Below, in pieces: positions 43,216 to 52,851 of a DNA stretch of 56,090 bases. Position 1 is the stretch's first letter. The number at the start of each line of letters is the position of its first letter. The stretch comes from Eubacteriales bacterium (GTDB taxonomy: Bacteria > Bacillota > Clostridia > Oscillospirales > QAKW01), in assembly GCA_045612565.1 (NCBI GenBank), contig JAZKZG010000040.1:1-56090 (forward strand), written 5' to 3'. The notes under the pieces are model-generated. The model ran no database searches, was not told the origin of the DNA, and saw nothing but the letters and a program-made list of their open reading frames with translations. The translations under genes and the position numbers were made by a program.

Positions 43216-44490
43216 TTATTTATCCTCCGTATCGGTTACCTCAATTTTTTCAATGTTGGCACCCAAGTTTTTAAATTTTTCAATTATGTTTTCGTAACCG
43301 CGTTCAATGTACTCAATCTCTTCGATATGAGTTTTGCCCGAGGCGATAAGACCCGCAATAACCATCGCTGCACCTGCTCTAAGGTCGCATGAGCGGACGG
43401 GTGCGGCAAACAGTTCTGCACCGCCTTCAATACGTGCAACGTTGCCTGTTACCTCAATGGTTGCGCCAAGTTTGCGAAGTTCGTCAATGTATTTAAATCT
43501 GCTTTCCCAAATTGTTTCGGTAACTCGTGATACACCTTCTGCCTGTGTCATAAGCACAGCCATCTGCGGTTGCATATCGGTTGGGAAACCGGGATAGGGC
43601 ATAGTCTTGATTGACGAGCTTGAAATCGGCTTATCCGCAATAACGCGGATATAATCGTCAAACTCAACAACTTTAACATTCATTTCGGTTAGTTTGCGCG
43701 TTATACATTCAAGATGCTTTGGGATAACGTTTTTAACAGTGACGTCACCATGTGTTGCGGCGGCTGCTACCATAAATGTTCCCGCTTCAATCTGGTCGGG
43801 AATTACGGCATAACTTCCGCCTTTGAGTTCAGGCACACCGCGCACCTTAATGACGTCGGTACCCGCACCTGAAATGTTTGCACCCATCGAGTTAAGGAAG
43901 TTTGCAACATCAACTATGTGCGGTTCTTTTGCAACGTTTTCCATAACGGTCATACCATCTGCTGTTGTTGCTGCAATCATAACATTTATTGTGGCGCCCA
44001 CTGATACCACGTCAAAATAAATGTGATTTGCGGTAAGTTTATCGCAGTATGCATGAACGTTGCCGCGCTCAAAATCAACCTTTGCACCAAGATGCTCAAA
44101 GCCTTTTATGTGCTGATCAATAGGACGAAGGCCTATTGAACAACCGCCCGGCATCGCAACGGTTGCATCGTGAAATCTACCGAGAAGCGCACCGAGAAAA
44201 TAGTATGACGCACGCAGACGCTTTGCATAGTTATACGGCACCTCGGTAGTGGTGAGTTCGGAACAGTCGATTTTAACTGTTTTTGCATCCAGAAACTCAA
44301 CCGAAGCACCCATAACCTTGAGTATTTCAATAATATTTAAAACATCGCTTATCTGCGGAACATTTTCAATAATACAGCTGCCTTTTACCATAACAGCCGC
44401 AGGGAGTATTGCAACAATGGCGTTTTTTCCGCCGCTTATTTCAACCTCGCCTTCAAGTCTGCAGGGTCCGTTTACAACGATTTTGTGCAT
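43216..44490 (-). CDS. murA: UDP-N-acetylglucosamine 1-carboxyvinyltransferase
   Basis: SGGKNA, LRASYY, PGGCSIG.RPIDQH (catalytic Cys), SVGATIN, AKEPH, YPGFPTDMQ, DLRAGAA and IERGYE motifs. Confidence 0.96.
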   Translation of the reverse strand: MHKIVVNGPCRLEGEVEISGGKNAIVAILPAAVMVKGSCIIENVPQISDVLNIIEILKVMGASVEFLDAKTVKIDCSELTTTEVPYNYAKRLRASYYFLGALLGRFHDATVAMPGGCSIGLRPIDQHIKGFEHLGAKVDFERGNVHAYCDKLTANHIYFDVVSVGATINVMIAATTADGMTVMENVAKEPHIVDVANFLNSMGANISGAGTDVIKVRGVPELKGGSYAVIPDQIEAGTFMVAAAATHGDVTVKNVIPKHLECITRKLTEMNVKVVEFDDYIRVIADKPISSSSIKTMPYPGFPTDMQPQMAVLMTQAEGVSRVTETIWESRFKYIDELRKLGATIEVTGNVARIEGGAELFAAPVRSCDLRAGAAMVIAGLIASGKTHIEEIEYIERGYENIIEKFKNLGANIEKIEVTDTEDK

Positions 44491-44561
44491 ACCGACTCTC
44501 CTTTTTTAATAGTCCACTATTTAGTATAACATATTAATCTACTAAAATAAAGAAAAATTTA

Positions 44562-46562
44562 TTAATAGATGTAACTTTTACATAATTGTGTGAGCATCAC
44601 CGCAACTTCGGCGCGTGTTGCGCTCTTTTTTGGGGCAAAACTGCCGTCCGGCATACCATTTATAATACCTGCAGTCTGACAGGCTTCAACTGCAGTTTTT
44701 GCATACTTTGAAATGCTTTTTTTGTCGGTAAATGATATCGGCGTCTTTTCATCACGCAATGCTATTCCCATATAATCAGCATATTTTGTCAGCATAAAGC
44801 AGATTTGTTCACGGGTAACAAAACTATCTGGCTTGAATTCGGTTTTTGAAATACCGCTGACAATGCCGTTTTTATATCCCCACGCAACTGCTGTTTCGTA
44901 CCATCTGCCCGACTCCAGGTCGGTAAACGGTGTTTTGTGTTTTTGCATTTTGTCGCCCGACAGATTTGCCAAAACTTTAACAAACATCGCGCGTGTCATT
45001 GAACTGTCCGGCTCAAAAGTATTTTCGGCTGTTCCTGAAAATACACCGTGAGAAACACAGTATTCAACCTTGTCGGTGTACCATTTATTTTTTTGTACAT
45101 CGTCAAACACTTTGCCCGAGGGCTGAGTGTTATCTTCGAGCGATACGGTGAACGATTTTATGCAGTGCATCGGCTGATACGTGTTTTTTGAATAAATGTT
45201 CTCTAGAGGTGCCATATTTGAAAAGGTTGTTCCAACATAGCACGTTTCGGGGGTGTTGAGCGCTTCGGGACATATTTCTTTTGCATTGGTCTGCATCGCA
45301 AACTCGGTCTTTTTGTCGCCTGTTATGATGTTGATTGCAACGAAGTATTCACCTCGCGTGAGTTTTACTTCGTCAAACTCAATAAGATAATACCCTGCTG
45401 CATCAAAATGCTCGGTTGCAACCTTTTTATACGCGGTCATATCCTTTAATTTACCGCCTACGTTTATAAACACCTCAACCGTTGTGTCGGGAGTTGTGAT
45501 ATAAGTAGATACGGCGGTTACTGCCTCGTTTATTTTGGTCGGGTTAAAGCGTGTTATACACATTACACTCGGTTCGTATACATAGCCGTTGCCTGTCCAG
45601 CCGTAGCCGTCATATTGGTACATATTGTCATACAATGTGTTTTCGAACTCATACTCCGATGCAAAAATCTGATGGGTGATGAATTTGTCAAAGTATGAAA
45701 TGTAAAAATATCCGCTTGTGCCGTTGTTGTGGTAATTACCCCATGAGTTTTTTACAATAAATGCGCCGTCTGCTTCGGGCTTTTGTGAAAAGTTGTCAGC
45801 GCTGTAGTTGTCATCCCAGCCTACGATTGTGACCGAGTGATTTGGTGACGAACGTTGACCTTTATAATAATACGCTGTCTTGTCTGAGTTTTCGTTTAGT
45901 CTGCCGTACTCATAGTAAATTCCTGCGCCTACGGCACCGTTTTTATAAACGAGTTCTTTTACTTTTTGTATCGAAGCGATTTTATCGTCGCGCATATCGG
46001 AAATATATTCCTCGTCAAAGCCGCTGTTTGCACGAAGGTCGTAAAGATTGTATTCGAACATCTGTGTATTTTTAAGATATCCATAGCGCTTGAGTGTGTC
46101 GGGATTAACCGTTCTTTTGTCGCTTTCGCTAAACGGTTCGTCGGATTCGAGCACCGAACCCGAACGCGCAAGGTATGCTGTTGACATAACCTCGTTACCG
46201 CCGTCATTTACACCGCGCAGATATCCCCACTGCGGGTTTGTTAAATATGATGTTTCAAACTTCATTGTCTGCTCTGAAAAATCATAGAGTTTGCCTGTTT
46301 TTTTGGCAACGTTTGCCGATAGCAGTTCATTGTGTACAAACGCCCAGCAAACGCTTGTTTCTTTTTGTGCTGTAGTGGGTGTGAGATATCCCAGGTCAAG
46401 TGAACTGTAGTATGACGGCAGCGGAGTTTCTTGTCCTTTTACTGCAACAGTTGAAAACGATGCATCTGCGATGCCGTAAGGATTTTTGGCAAAACCGCAG
46501 TTGAAAAGATACGTTGCAACAACGGCAATTACGCTTATGTATGCTATAATTCTTCTTTTCAT
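44562..46562 (-). CDS. Secreted C1 (papain-family) cysteine peptidase with lectin-like domain and three SLH domains
   Basis: Signal peptide; Q..TSVCWAF, NHSVTIVGWDDNY and IVKNSWG catalytic motifs; YQYD lectin-like start; SLH repeats. ATG 46562 overlaps the trmL TGA. Confidence 0.88.
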   Translation of the reverse strand: MKRRIIAYISVIAVVATYLFNCGFAKNPYGIADASFSTVAVKGQETPLPSYYSSLDLGYLTPTTAQKETSVCWAFVHNELLSANVAKKTGKLYDFSEQTMKFETSYLTNPQWGYLRGVNDGGNEVMSTAYLARSGSVLESDEPFSESDKRTVNPDTLKRYGYLKNTQMFEYNLYDLRANSGFDEEYISDMRDDKIASIQKVKELVYKNGAVGAGIYYEYGRLNENSDKTAYYYKGQRSSPNHSVTIVGWDDNYSADNFSQKPEADGAFIVKNSWGNYHNNGTSGYFYISYFDKFITHQIFASEYEFENTLYDNMYQYDGYGWTGNGYVYEPSVMCITRFNPTKINEAVTAVSTYITTPDTTVEVFINVGGKLKDMTAYKKVATEHFDAAGYYLIEFDEVKLTRGEYFVAINIITGDKKTEFAMQTNAKEICPEALNTPETCYVGTTFSNMAPLENIYSKNTYQPMHCIKSFTVSLEDNTQPSGKVFDDVQKNKWYTDKVEYCVSHGVFSGTAENTFEPDSSMTRAMFVKVLANLSGDKMQKHKTPFTDLESGRWYETAVAWGYKNGIVSGISKTEFKPDSFVTREQICFMLTKYADYMGIALRDEKTPISFTDKKSISKYAKTAVEACQTAGIINGMPDGSFAPKKSATRAEVAVMLTQLCKSYIY

Positions 46563-47044
46563 AATGTTGTGAGTGACCCTTCGGTTTTTAACTCCCAAAA
46601 CCCTTGCTGACGCAGTGCTTCATAGCCGATTATTGCAACTGAATTTGAGAGGTTGAGGCTTCTTGCATCATTTATCATCGGTATGCGGATGCATCTGTCA
46701 TAATTGTCTTTAAGCAATCTTTCATCAAGACCTTTTGTCTCTTTGCCGAAGACAAGATAAACGTTGTCACCTGTGAGGTCGGCATCCGAATATATGTGTT
46801 TGCCCTTTGTGGTGCAGTAATAAAATTCGCCCTCATTTTTTTGCAAAAACTCGTCGTAGTTTTCGTATATCGTAAGGTCAAGATACTGCCAATAGTCAAG
46901 TCCTGCGCGTTTTACGGTACGGTCGGATATTTCAAACATAATCGGTTTTATTATGTGAAGTTTCATTCCCGTTGCGGCGCAGGTACGTGCAATATTACCT
47001 GTATTTTGTGGAATTTCCGGTTCAACTAAAACAATATTTATCAT
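46559..47044 (-). CDS. trmL: tRNA (cytidine/uridine-34 2'-O)-methyltransferase
   Basis: IVLVEPEIPQNTGNIARTCA, RAGLDYW, VFGKETKGL and RIPM...RSLNLSNSVAI motifs. Confidence 0.95.
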   Translation of the reverse strand: MINIVLVEPEIPQNTGNIARTCAATGMKLHIIKPIMFEISDRTVKRAGLDYWQYLDLTIYENYDEFLQKNEGEFYYCTTKGKHIYSDADLTGDNVYLVFGKETKGLDERLLKDNYDRCIRIPMINDARSLNLSNSVAIIGYEALRQQGFWELKTEGSLTTL

Positions 47045-47054
47045 AATTTATCCT

Positions 47055-47765
47055 TTATAAATTTATTGTGCATCTGAAAATTGTGCGTCCCTCACACACA
47101 GCTTCAATTAGATTATCCTGCCTTAAAAGTTGTATCATTTGTCCTTCAAAGCATTGACAGAGATAGTACATTTCAAAACTTTTTATGTCAATATTTTTTA
47201 ATTCCTCTGTCGACAGACAGTCAAGCGCAAACTTTATGTAAGTTACGTTGTTTACGTGTCCGTTTATGTCAAGGTCTGACTGTCTTACGGTATGCGTGTA
47301 TACAGGCTTTGGGTCGGTGGTCTTTGCACCCGAAAACTTGCCTTCAATACCCTTATCGGTGAGATATTCTTCAATCGGCATAGTCAGAACGTTTGAGCGT
47401 AACACCTCGTTAGTGTCGGCATCGATAAGACACCACTCGGTAAACGCCTTTGCAATTATTTTGCCTTGTTTTTCCAAAACGAAGGTACGCCCAAAGCGTA
47501 AAGGACCCGCTTTCAGTGGCCAGGTGGAAACGGTATACTCGTCACCAACTTTCAGATGTCCGTCAATTTCAAATCTGACACGTGCTATAACCCACTTTGC
47601 GTTTATCGTTTTTTTAATCGTGGAGGCATCCACTCCCAGTATGGCGGTGTGGTCTGTTACCGCCTCCTGAAATATGCTCATTATCTGCGAGGGCAGTGAA
47701 TATCCGCAGAATGCAACATCGTTCATCGATGCGGTGTTTGTTTTTGTGTATTTATTCATTGTCAA
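47055..47765 (-). CDS. Acyl-ACP thioesterase (double hotdog)
   Basis: FQEA...H, WVIARV, TW, WCLID and VRQSDLDINGHVNNVTY motifs. Confidence 0.88.
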   Translation of the reverse strand: MTMNKYTKTNTASMNDVAFCGYSLPSQIMSIFQEAVTDHTAILGVDASTIKKTINAKWVIARVRFEIDGHLKVGDEYTVSTWPLKAGPLRFGRTFVLEKQGKIIAKAFTEWCLIDADTNEVLRSNVLTMPIEEYLTDKGIEGKFSGAKTTDPKPVYTHTVRQSDLDINGHVNNVTYIKFALDCLSTEELKNIDIKSFEMYYLCQCFEGQMIQLLRQDNLIEAVCEGRTIFRCTINL

Positions 47766-48615
47766 TCATAACCATTTTGCCCGCGGGCACCTTTACTGTA
47801 AATGTGTCGGGATATTTTATACATATGTTAAGCCACAGGTCTGTAATGGTCGGATTGTACACGGTTTTTCCGTCTGCAGAGAATATAAGCGATTCGGAAG
47901 CCTTGACATAATCGTAAATTTCGATGTTTGTGGCATACCATACGTCATCGTGACCGCCCACTTTTTCAAGCAAGGTTTCAATAATGTCCCAGTTGCCCTG
48001 CTTTTCAAATTCATATGAATGCCCCCATACATAAAAGAACTTTATCGGGTGGTTAAGTGTTGTGTCTTCGTTCAAGAATTTGTCGCAGAGGTCAAAAAGC
48101 TCGGGGTCTTTGTGGTGACAGGTGGGATTAAGCCACAACCAGTCTTTTGGTAAATCAAAACTGTGAGTAGATTTTGTTGTACGTGCGTAAACAATACCGC
48201 ACAGTTTTAGAATGTCTGCTATCTGTTGGTTTACACTGCCGTTGGGGTATGCGTGACCGCGCACCATAACGCCGTATTCTTTTTCAAGAGTGCGTCTGTC
48301 CTCAATTATATCATAAACGGCATAAGGTGAGGGCACTATGGCAAGGGACGGGTGATTATATCCGTGTGTTGCGACCTCAAAAAGCGGTGAACTTTTGTAA
48401 AACTCAAGTGCCTCTGATCTTTTAAGACGTCTTGTCGGCTTGTCCTTATCGCTGTTCTCGTCAAGATACATTCCTGCATTTATATTAAAAGTACCTGCAA
48501 TCCCATGCTTTTTCATAAGTTCACCGAGGCGCACGTCGGTAAGCACACCATCGTCATAACTCAGAGTAAAGCATTTTGATTTTCCGTCGGGAAAAAGTAA
48601 GTTGTAGTTTCTCAT
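47752..48615 (-). CDS. Polysaccharide deacetylase (CE4), cytoplasmic
   Basis: FTLSYDDG, EVATHGYNHP, AYPNG and FYVWGHSYEF motifs; ATG 48615 follows GAGGTGA. Confidence 0.88.
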   Translation of the reverse strand: MRNYNLLFPDGKSKCFTLSYDDGVLTDVRLGELMKKHGIAGTFNINAGMYLDENSDKDKPTRRLKRSEALEFYKSSPLFEVATHGYNHPSLAIVPSPYAVYDIIEDRRTLEKEYGVMVRGHAYPNGSVNQQIADILKLCGIVYARTTKSTHSFDLPKDWLWLNPTCHHKDPELFDLCDKFLNEDTTLNHPIKFFYVWGHSYEFEKQGNWDIIETLLEKVGGHDDVWYATNIEIYDYVKASESLIFSADGKTVYNPTITDLWLNICIKYPDTFTVKVPAGKMVMIDNE

Positions 48616-48728
48616 CAAAATCACCTCATTAAATATATAACATAAATACTAAAAAAACGCAACTCATCTTGTAAATTTAATATATTTATTATATAATTAG
48701 ACATTATAATGATATAAAGGGAAAATTT

Positions 48729-49379
48729 ATGCTTGATACACGTCTTAAAATGGTATATGACCTCGTGCCTGCGGGTGTTGTTTGCGACATCGGTACCGAC
48801 CACGGCAAACTGCCCGTTTTTGCAATAAAATCAGGCAAATGCAAAAAGGCACTTGCGTGTGATGTTAATAAAGGACCGCTTTTGTCGGCAAAATCACTTG
48901 TGACAAAAGAGGGGTTATCGGACAAAATTAAACTTGTTTTGTCAAACGGGTTCAAAGACATCGAAAAACAGGATTTTGAAAACGTTGACTGTTTTGTTAT
49001 GGCAGGTATGGGCGGCGAACTCATTATAAATATCATATCGGCGCGTAAAACAGATGCATATATGGTACTTCAGCCGCAGAGCGCATACTATGAACTCATT
49101 GATTACTTAAAGCAAAACGGATACAGCATTTTTAAGCAGTGCTTTTGCGTGGAAGGACACCGCAGATATAACGCGATGCTTGTTAAATATACGGGCGACA
49201 GCAACATTGACGGCTACTTTACAAACGCGCAAAAAGACGATGCATTTTACGGTTTTTTGCAAAAGGAAACCGACAGAATAACGAGCGCAATATCGTGTAT
49301 TGAGGGCGCAAAAAATCCCGATACCGAAAGAATGGAAATTTTAAAATATATTTTGAGCGAGATTGAGAGGGAAAACTAA
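48729..49379 (+). CDS. trmK: tRNA (adenine22-N1)-methyltransferase
   Basis: RL..V, DIGTDHGKLP, DVNKGPL, AGMGGELI and LQP motifs; upstream of nif3, as is usual. Confidence 0.9.
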   Translation: MLDTRLKMVYDLVPAGVVCDIGTDHGKLPVFAIKSGKCKKALACDVNKGPLLSAKSLVTKEGLSDKIKLVLSNGFKDIEKQDFENVDCFVMAGMGGELIINIISARKTDAYMVLQPQSAYYELIDYLKQNGYSIFKQCFCVEGHRRYNAMLVKYTGDSNIDGYFTNAQKDDAFYGFLQKETDRITSAISCIEGAKNPDTERMEILKYILSEIEREN

Positions 49380-50129
49380 ATGAAAGTAATTGATATTTAT
49401 AACGCAGTGGATAAAATCTGTGATTTTAAAAGCGCATATCCGTGGGATAACGTTGGTCTTTTGGTAGGTGACAAAAACGCAGAGGTTACACGTGTGCTTG
49501 TAACACTTGATGCTGACCTTGAGGCGCTTAAAGAAGCAAAAAATATCGGAGCAAACCTTGTTGTAAGCCATCACCCTATCGTGTATGACGCACCTAAAAA
49601 AATCACACCCGACATTGCGGCATATCACTATGTTGCAAACGGTGTAAATGTTATTTCGGCGCACACTTGTCTTGATGCAGCAGAGGGCGGTGTGAGTGAC
49701 ACACTTGCACGTGCGTGCGGTCTTAAAAATATAGTATCGGCTGACCTTGACGGAGTGGCTCTTTTGCGTATGGGCGATAGTGATATATCCGACCCTGACG
49801 AGTTTTGCGAATTTGTTAAAAATTCACTTCCTTCAAAGCGTTGCGACGCTGTAATCTGCGGACCCGTAAAACGTGTTATCTGCGGTGGCGGAAGCGGCGG
49901 TGCTGTACCGATGGAAGCACTTTCTCTCGGCGCCGACACCCTCGTGACAGGCGAATGTAAGCACAATATTTTTGTTGCCTGCCGCAACCTTGGCATAAAT
50001 ATCTTTTCGTTTGGTCATTATGAGACCGAAAACCCCATTGTAAAGGTACTTACCGAAAAACTAAAATCACTTTTACCCGAAATGGAATTTGTGGCATTTT
50101 GCGACAACAACCCTGTAGACAGGAGATAA
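49380..50129 (+). CDS. Nif3-like dinuclear metal centre protein (YqfO/YbgI)
   Basis: WDNVGLLVG, VSHHP, SAHT.LD, GGSG, VTGE.KH and GHYETE motifs. Confidence 0.92.
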   Translation: MKVIDIYNAVDKICDFKSAYPWDNVGLLVGDKNAEVTRVLVTLDADLEALKEAKNIGANLVVSHHPIVYDAPKKITPDIAAYHYVANGVNVISAHTCLDAAEGGVSDTLARACGLKNIVSADLDGVALLRMGDSDISDPDEFCEFVKNSLPSKRCDAVICGPVKRVICGGGSGGAVPMEALSLGADTLVTGECKHNIFVACRNLGINIFSFGHYETENPIVKVLTEKLKSLLPEMEFVAFCDNNPVDRR

Positions 50130-50132
50130 TAA

Positions 50133-51860
50133 ATGGCACTTGATGCGGCATTTTTAACGTTTTTAACAAAAGAACTCGACTCGGAACTTGTCGGTCTTCG
50201 CGTGGAAAAAATCTTTATGCCTTCGCGTGATGAGACAGTGTTTGTTATGCGCGGTCACAAAAAGCATAGATTGCTGATAAATGCTTCGACCAATTCACCG
50301 CGTATATGCCTGACGCAAGATGAGTATGAAGCACCTGCGGTACCGCCGACCTTTTGTATGGTTATGCGAAAACACTTTCTCGGTGCAAAACTCACACGCG
50401 TGTTTATGCCCGATTTTGAGCGGTGTGTCCGTATTGATTTTGAGTGTAAAAACGACTTTTTTGAAACGGTAAATAAATCGGTTATTGTTGAACTTATGGG
50501 TCGTTCGGCAAATATGATGCTTGTTGATAGCGATAACAAAATCATTGATGCGATCAGGCGTGTTGACCTGTCCGATTCATCGGGCAGATGCATACTTCCC
50601 GGTGTACCCTATGCCAAGATGGCAGGACAGGCGGGTAAAACTGCGCTTACCGATTGCCAAAGTGCAGATGCTATTTTTGAAAATGACGAACTTTTGCTCG
50701 AAAATGCAATAATGAACAACATAAGCGGTATTTCACCAATCGTTGCGCGTGAACTTGCATACCGAGCTACAGGTGTGAGCGGGATGCGTATCCGCCAACT
50801 CGGTACGGGTGACCGCGACCGCCTTTTAAACCTGATTTGTGAACTGAAAGAAAACATTAAAAACGGTGACTGTAACCCTGTTATTATAAAGCAAAAAGAA
50901 AACGGAAAACTTGTTGATTTTTGCTTTATGAACGTGACGCAGTATGGTGATTTTTGCGAGATTTTACCGTTTGTCAGCCCGTCCCAAACTGTTGAGCAGT
51001 TTTTTGGTGCATCAGCAAAAAAAGCAAGATTTGAGCAAAAAACCAAAGACCTTTTTAATGCAATAACCCGCCTTTCTTCGCGCATAACGCGCACTTGTGC
51101 CGTTCGTGAAAAGGAACTGAAAAACGCAGATGATGCCGAAAAATACCGCATTTACGGTGAACTTATAAATGCAAATCTTTATTGTATGCAAAACGGTATG
51201 ACAAAACTCGTTTGTCAGAACTATTATGATGACTGCAAAGAAATTTCAATACCGCTCCGTGCTGACCGTTCACCTGCACAAAATGCACAACTTTATTTTA
51301 AAAAATATACAAAGGCAAAAAACTCGGCACAAATACTAAGTGAACTTATAAAAAAAGACAAAGAAGAACTTGTGTATCTCGATTCGGTGTTTATGGCACT
51401 TTGTGACTGCGAGACAATTGCCGATGCCGACGGCATACGCCTTGAACTCATAAACGGCGGTTACTTAAAGCGCACACGCAAGGCACAGCGCAGTGAAAAG
51501 CCCACAGCCCCACGTCAGTTTGAAAAAGACGGCTATACAATACTTGTGGGCAAAAACAATATGCAAAACGACTTTATCACGGTAAAAATGTCGCGCAAAA
51601 ACGATTTGTGGCTGCACACAAAAAACGTTCACTCGTCACACGTACTCATTCAAACTCACGGTACGGTGCCGCCCAATAGTGTAATTGAGTATGCGGCAAC
51701 ACTTTGCGCATACTACAGCAGGGCAAAAGATGACCTTAAGGTTGAGGTTGACTATTGCCCCGTTCAAAACGTCAAAAAGCCTGTCGGTGCAAAGCCCGGC
51801 ATGGCTGTTTATGACAACTATAACACAGTAATTGTAAATCCCTATAAACCGGAGAATTAA
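50133..51860 (+). CDS. rqcH: Ribosome quality control protein RqcH (NFACT/FbpA family)
   Basis: MALDA, PP.FCM.MRKH, FER, ELMGR.AN, NAQ.YFKKY.K.K, VGKNN.QND, WLH.K...SHV, VDY and KKP.GAKPG motifs. Confidence 0.9.
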   Translation: MALDAAFLTFLTKELDSELVGLRVEKIFMPSRDETVFVMRGHKKHRLLINASTNSPRICLTQDEYEAPAVPPTFCMVMRKHFLGAKLTRVFMPDFERCVRIDFECKNDFFETVNKSVIVELMGRSANMMLVDSDNKIIDAIRRVDLSDSSGRCILPGVPYAKMAGQAGKTALTDCQSADAIFENDELLLENAIMNNISGISPIVARELAYRATGVSGMRIRQLGTGDRDRLLNLICELKENIKNGDCNPVIIKQKENGKLVDFCFMNVTQYGDFCEILPFVSPSQTVEQFFGASAKKARFEQKTKDLFNAITRLSSRITRTCAVREKELKNADDAEKYRIYGELINANLYCMQNGMTKLVCQNYYDDCKEISIPLRADRSPAQNAQLYFKKYTKAKNSAQILSELIKKDKEELVYLDSVFMALCDCETIADADGIRLELINGGYLKRTRKAQRSEKPTAPRQFEKDGYTILVGKNNMQNDFITVKMSRKNDLWLHTKNVHSSHVLIQTHGTVPPNSVIEYAATLCAYYSRAKDDLKVEVDYCPVQNVKKPVGAKPGMAVYDNYNTVIVNPYKPEN

Positions 51861-51861
51861 A

Positions 51862-52851
51862 GTGGTAGACATTAAATTTACAGAGTGTGAAAATCCAATA
51901 GACTTAAATACCTTTGAGAGTGGGTTTACAAACTATATGTTAAAACTCACATATAAGCGCGAGGGTAACTGGTTGTATGCCGACCTTATGCCACAGGGCA
52001 ATATCGGGGTAAGCAGTTATGCGCTCTCTCACGCGGTATGTGTGGGTGAAACCGTGCGAATAACTCAGGACGCAATGCAAAAATGCGCAATCTTCCGCCT
52101 TGACGATTACATTGAAAGACTGGAAAAAAGTGCGGTGGATATGGGGCTTCCCACTATTGATAAAAATCTTTTGTCATATGGCATAACACAACTTTTAAGT
52201 CTTGAAAGACCGTATCTTTGTGACGGGACAGTTTTTGCACACATAACTTTTACATCGTGTGACCCCGATCCGACACAGTATTATGTAAAACAGGCGGTCA
52301 TTACCGTAATACTCGAAAAGGTAAAAACTCTGCCGATGCGCAATGGAATTTCGGTTGTTGCAACAAATGACTGTATGCTGTCGCAACCGCACAAAAACGG
52401 TGCACACTATATGCACGCGGTGCGTGAAAGTAACAAGCGCGTGAATGATATGGGTTATGACAGTGCACTCTGGCTGGACAGTGTATATAACAGATATATC
52501 GATTCGCTGTCGGGGCATGATCTTATGATACGTATTGGTGAGCGAATTATAGTCTGCGGTGACGGAGTTACCGTAAACAGCGCAAAGCAACTGTTTGACG
52601 ATTGGGGCATAGAAGTGTCTCCTGCAAGAATATCTACTGACTGGCTTAAAAAAGCATATAAAGAAGGAAATCTTCACGAGATTTTTGCGCTCAATACCCG
52701 TGATGTTGTTTTGCCTGTATCAAAACTTGTAATCGGTGACGAAATTCTGGAGTTTGACAGACCCAGACTTGCAAAAAAACTGTATGATGCACTCATCAGC
52801 ATCGAAAAGGGTGAATATCCCACAACATATAACTGGATATCGAGAGTATGA
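51862..52851 (+). CDS. Divergent branched-chain aminotransferase (PLP fold IV)-like protein
   Basis: FT.YM, IFRL...ERL..SA..MGLP, GYDSALWLD...RYI, WG.EV...IS and KLYD.L..I..G.....W match the IlvE scaffold, but several cofactor motifs are altered. Confidence 0.65.
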   Translation: MVDIKFTECENPIDLNTFESGFTNYMLKLTYKREGNWLYADLMPQGNIGVSSYALSHAVCVGETVRITQDAMQKCAIFRLDDYIERLEKSAVDMGLPTIDKNLLSYGITQLLSLERPYLCDGTVFAHITFTSCDPDPTQYYVKQAVITVILEKVKTLPMRNGISVVATNDCMLSQPHKNGAHYMHAVRESNKRVNDMGYDSALWLDSVYNRYIDSLSGHDLMIRIGERIIVCGDGVTVNSAKQLFDDWGIEVSPARISTDWLKKAYKEGNLHEIFALNTRDVVLPVSKLVIGDEILEFDRPRLAKKLYDALISIEKGEYPTTYNWISRV

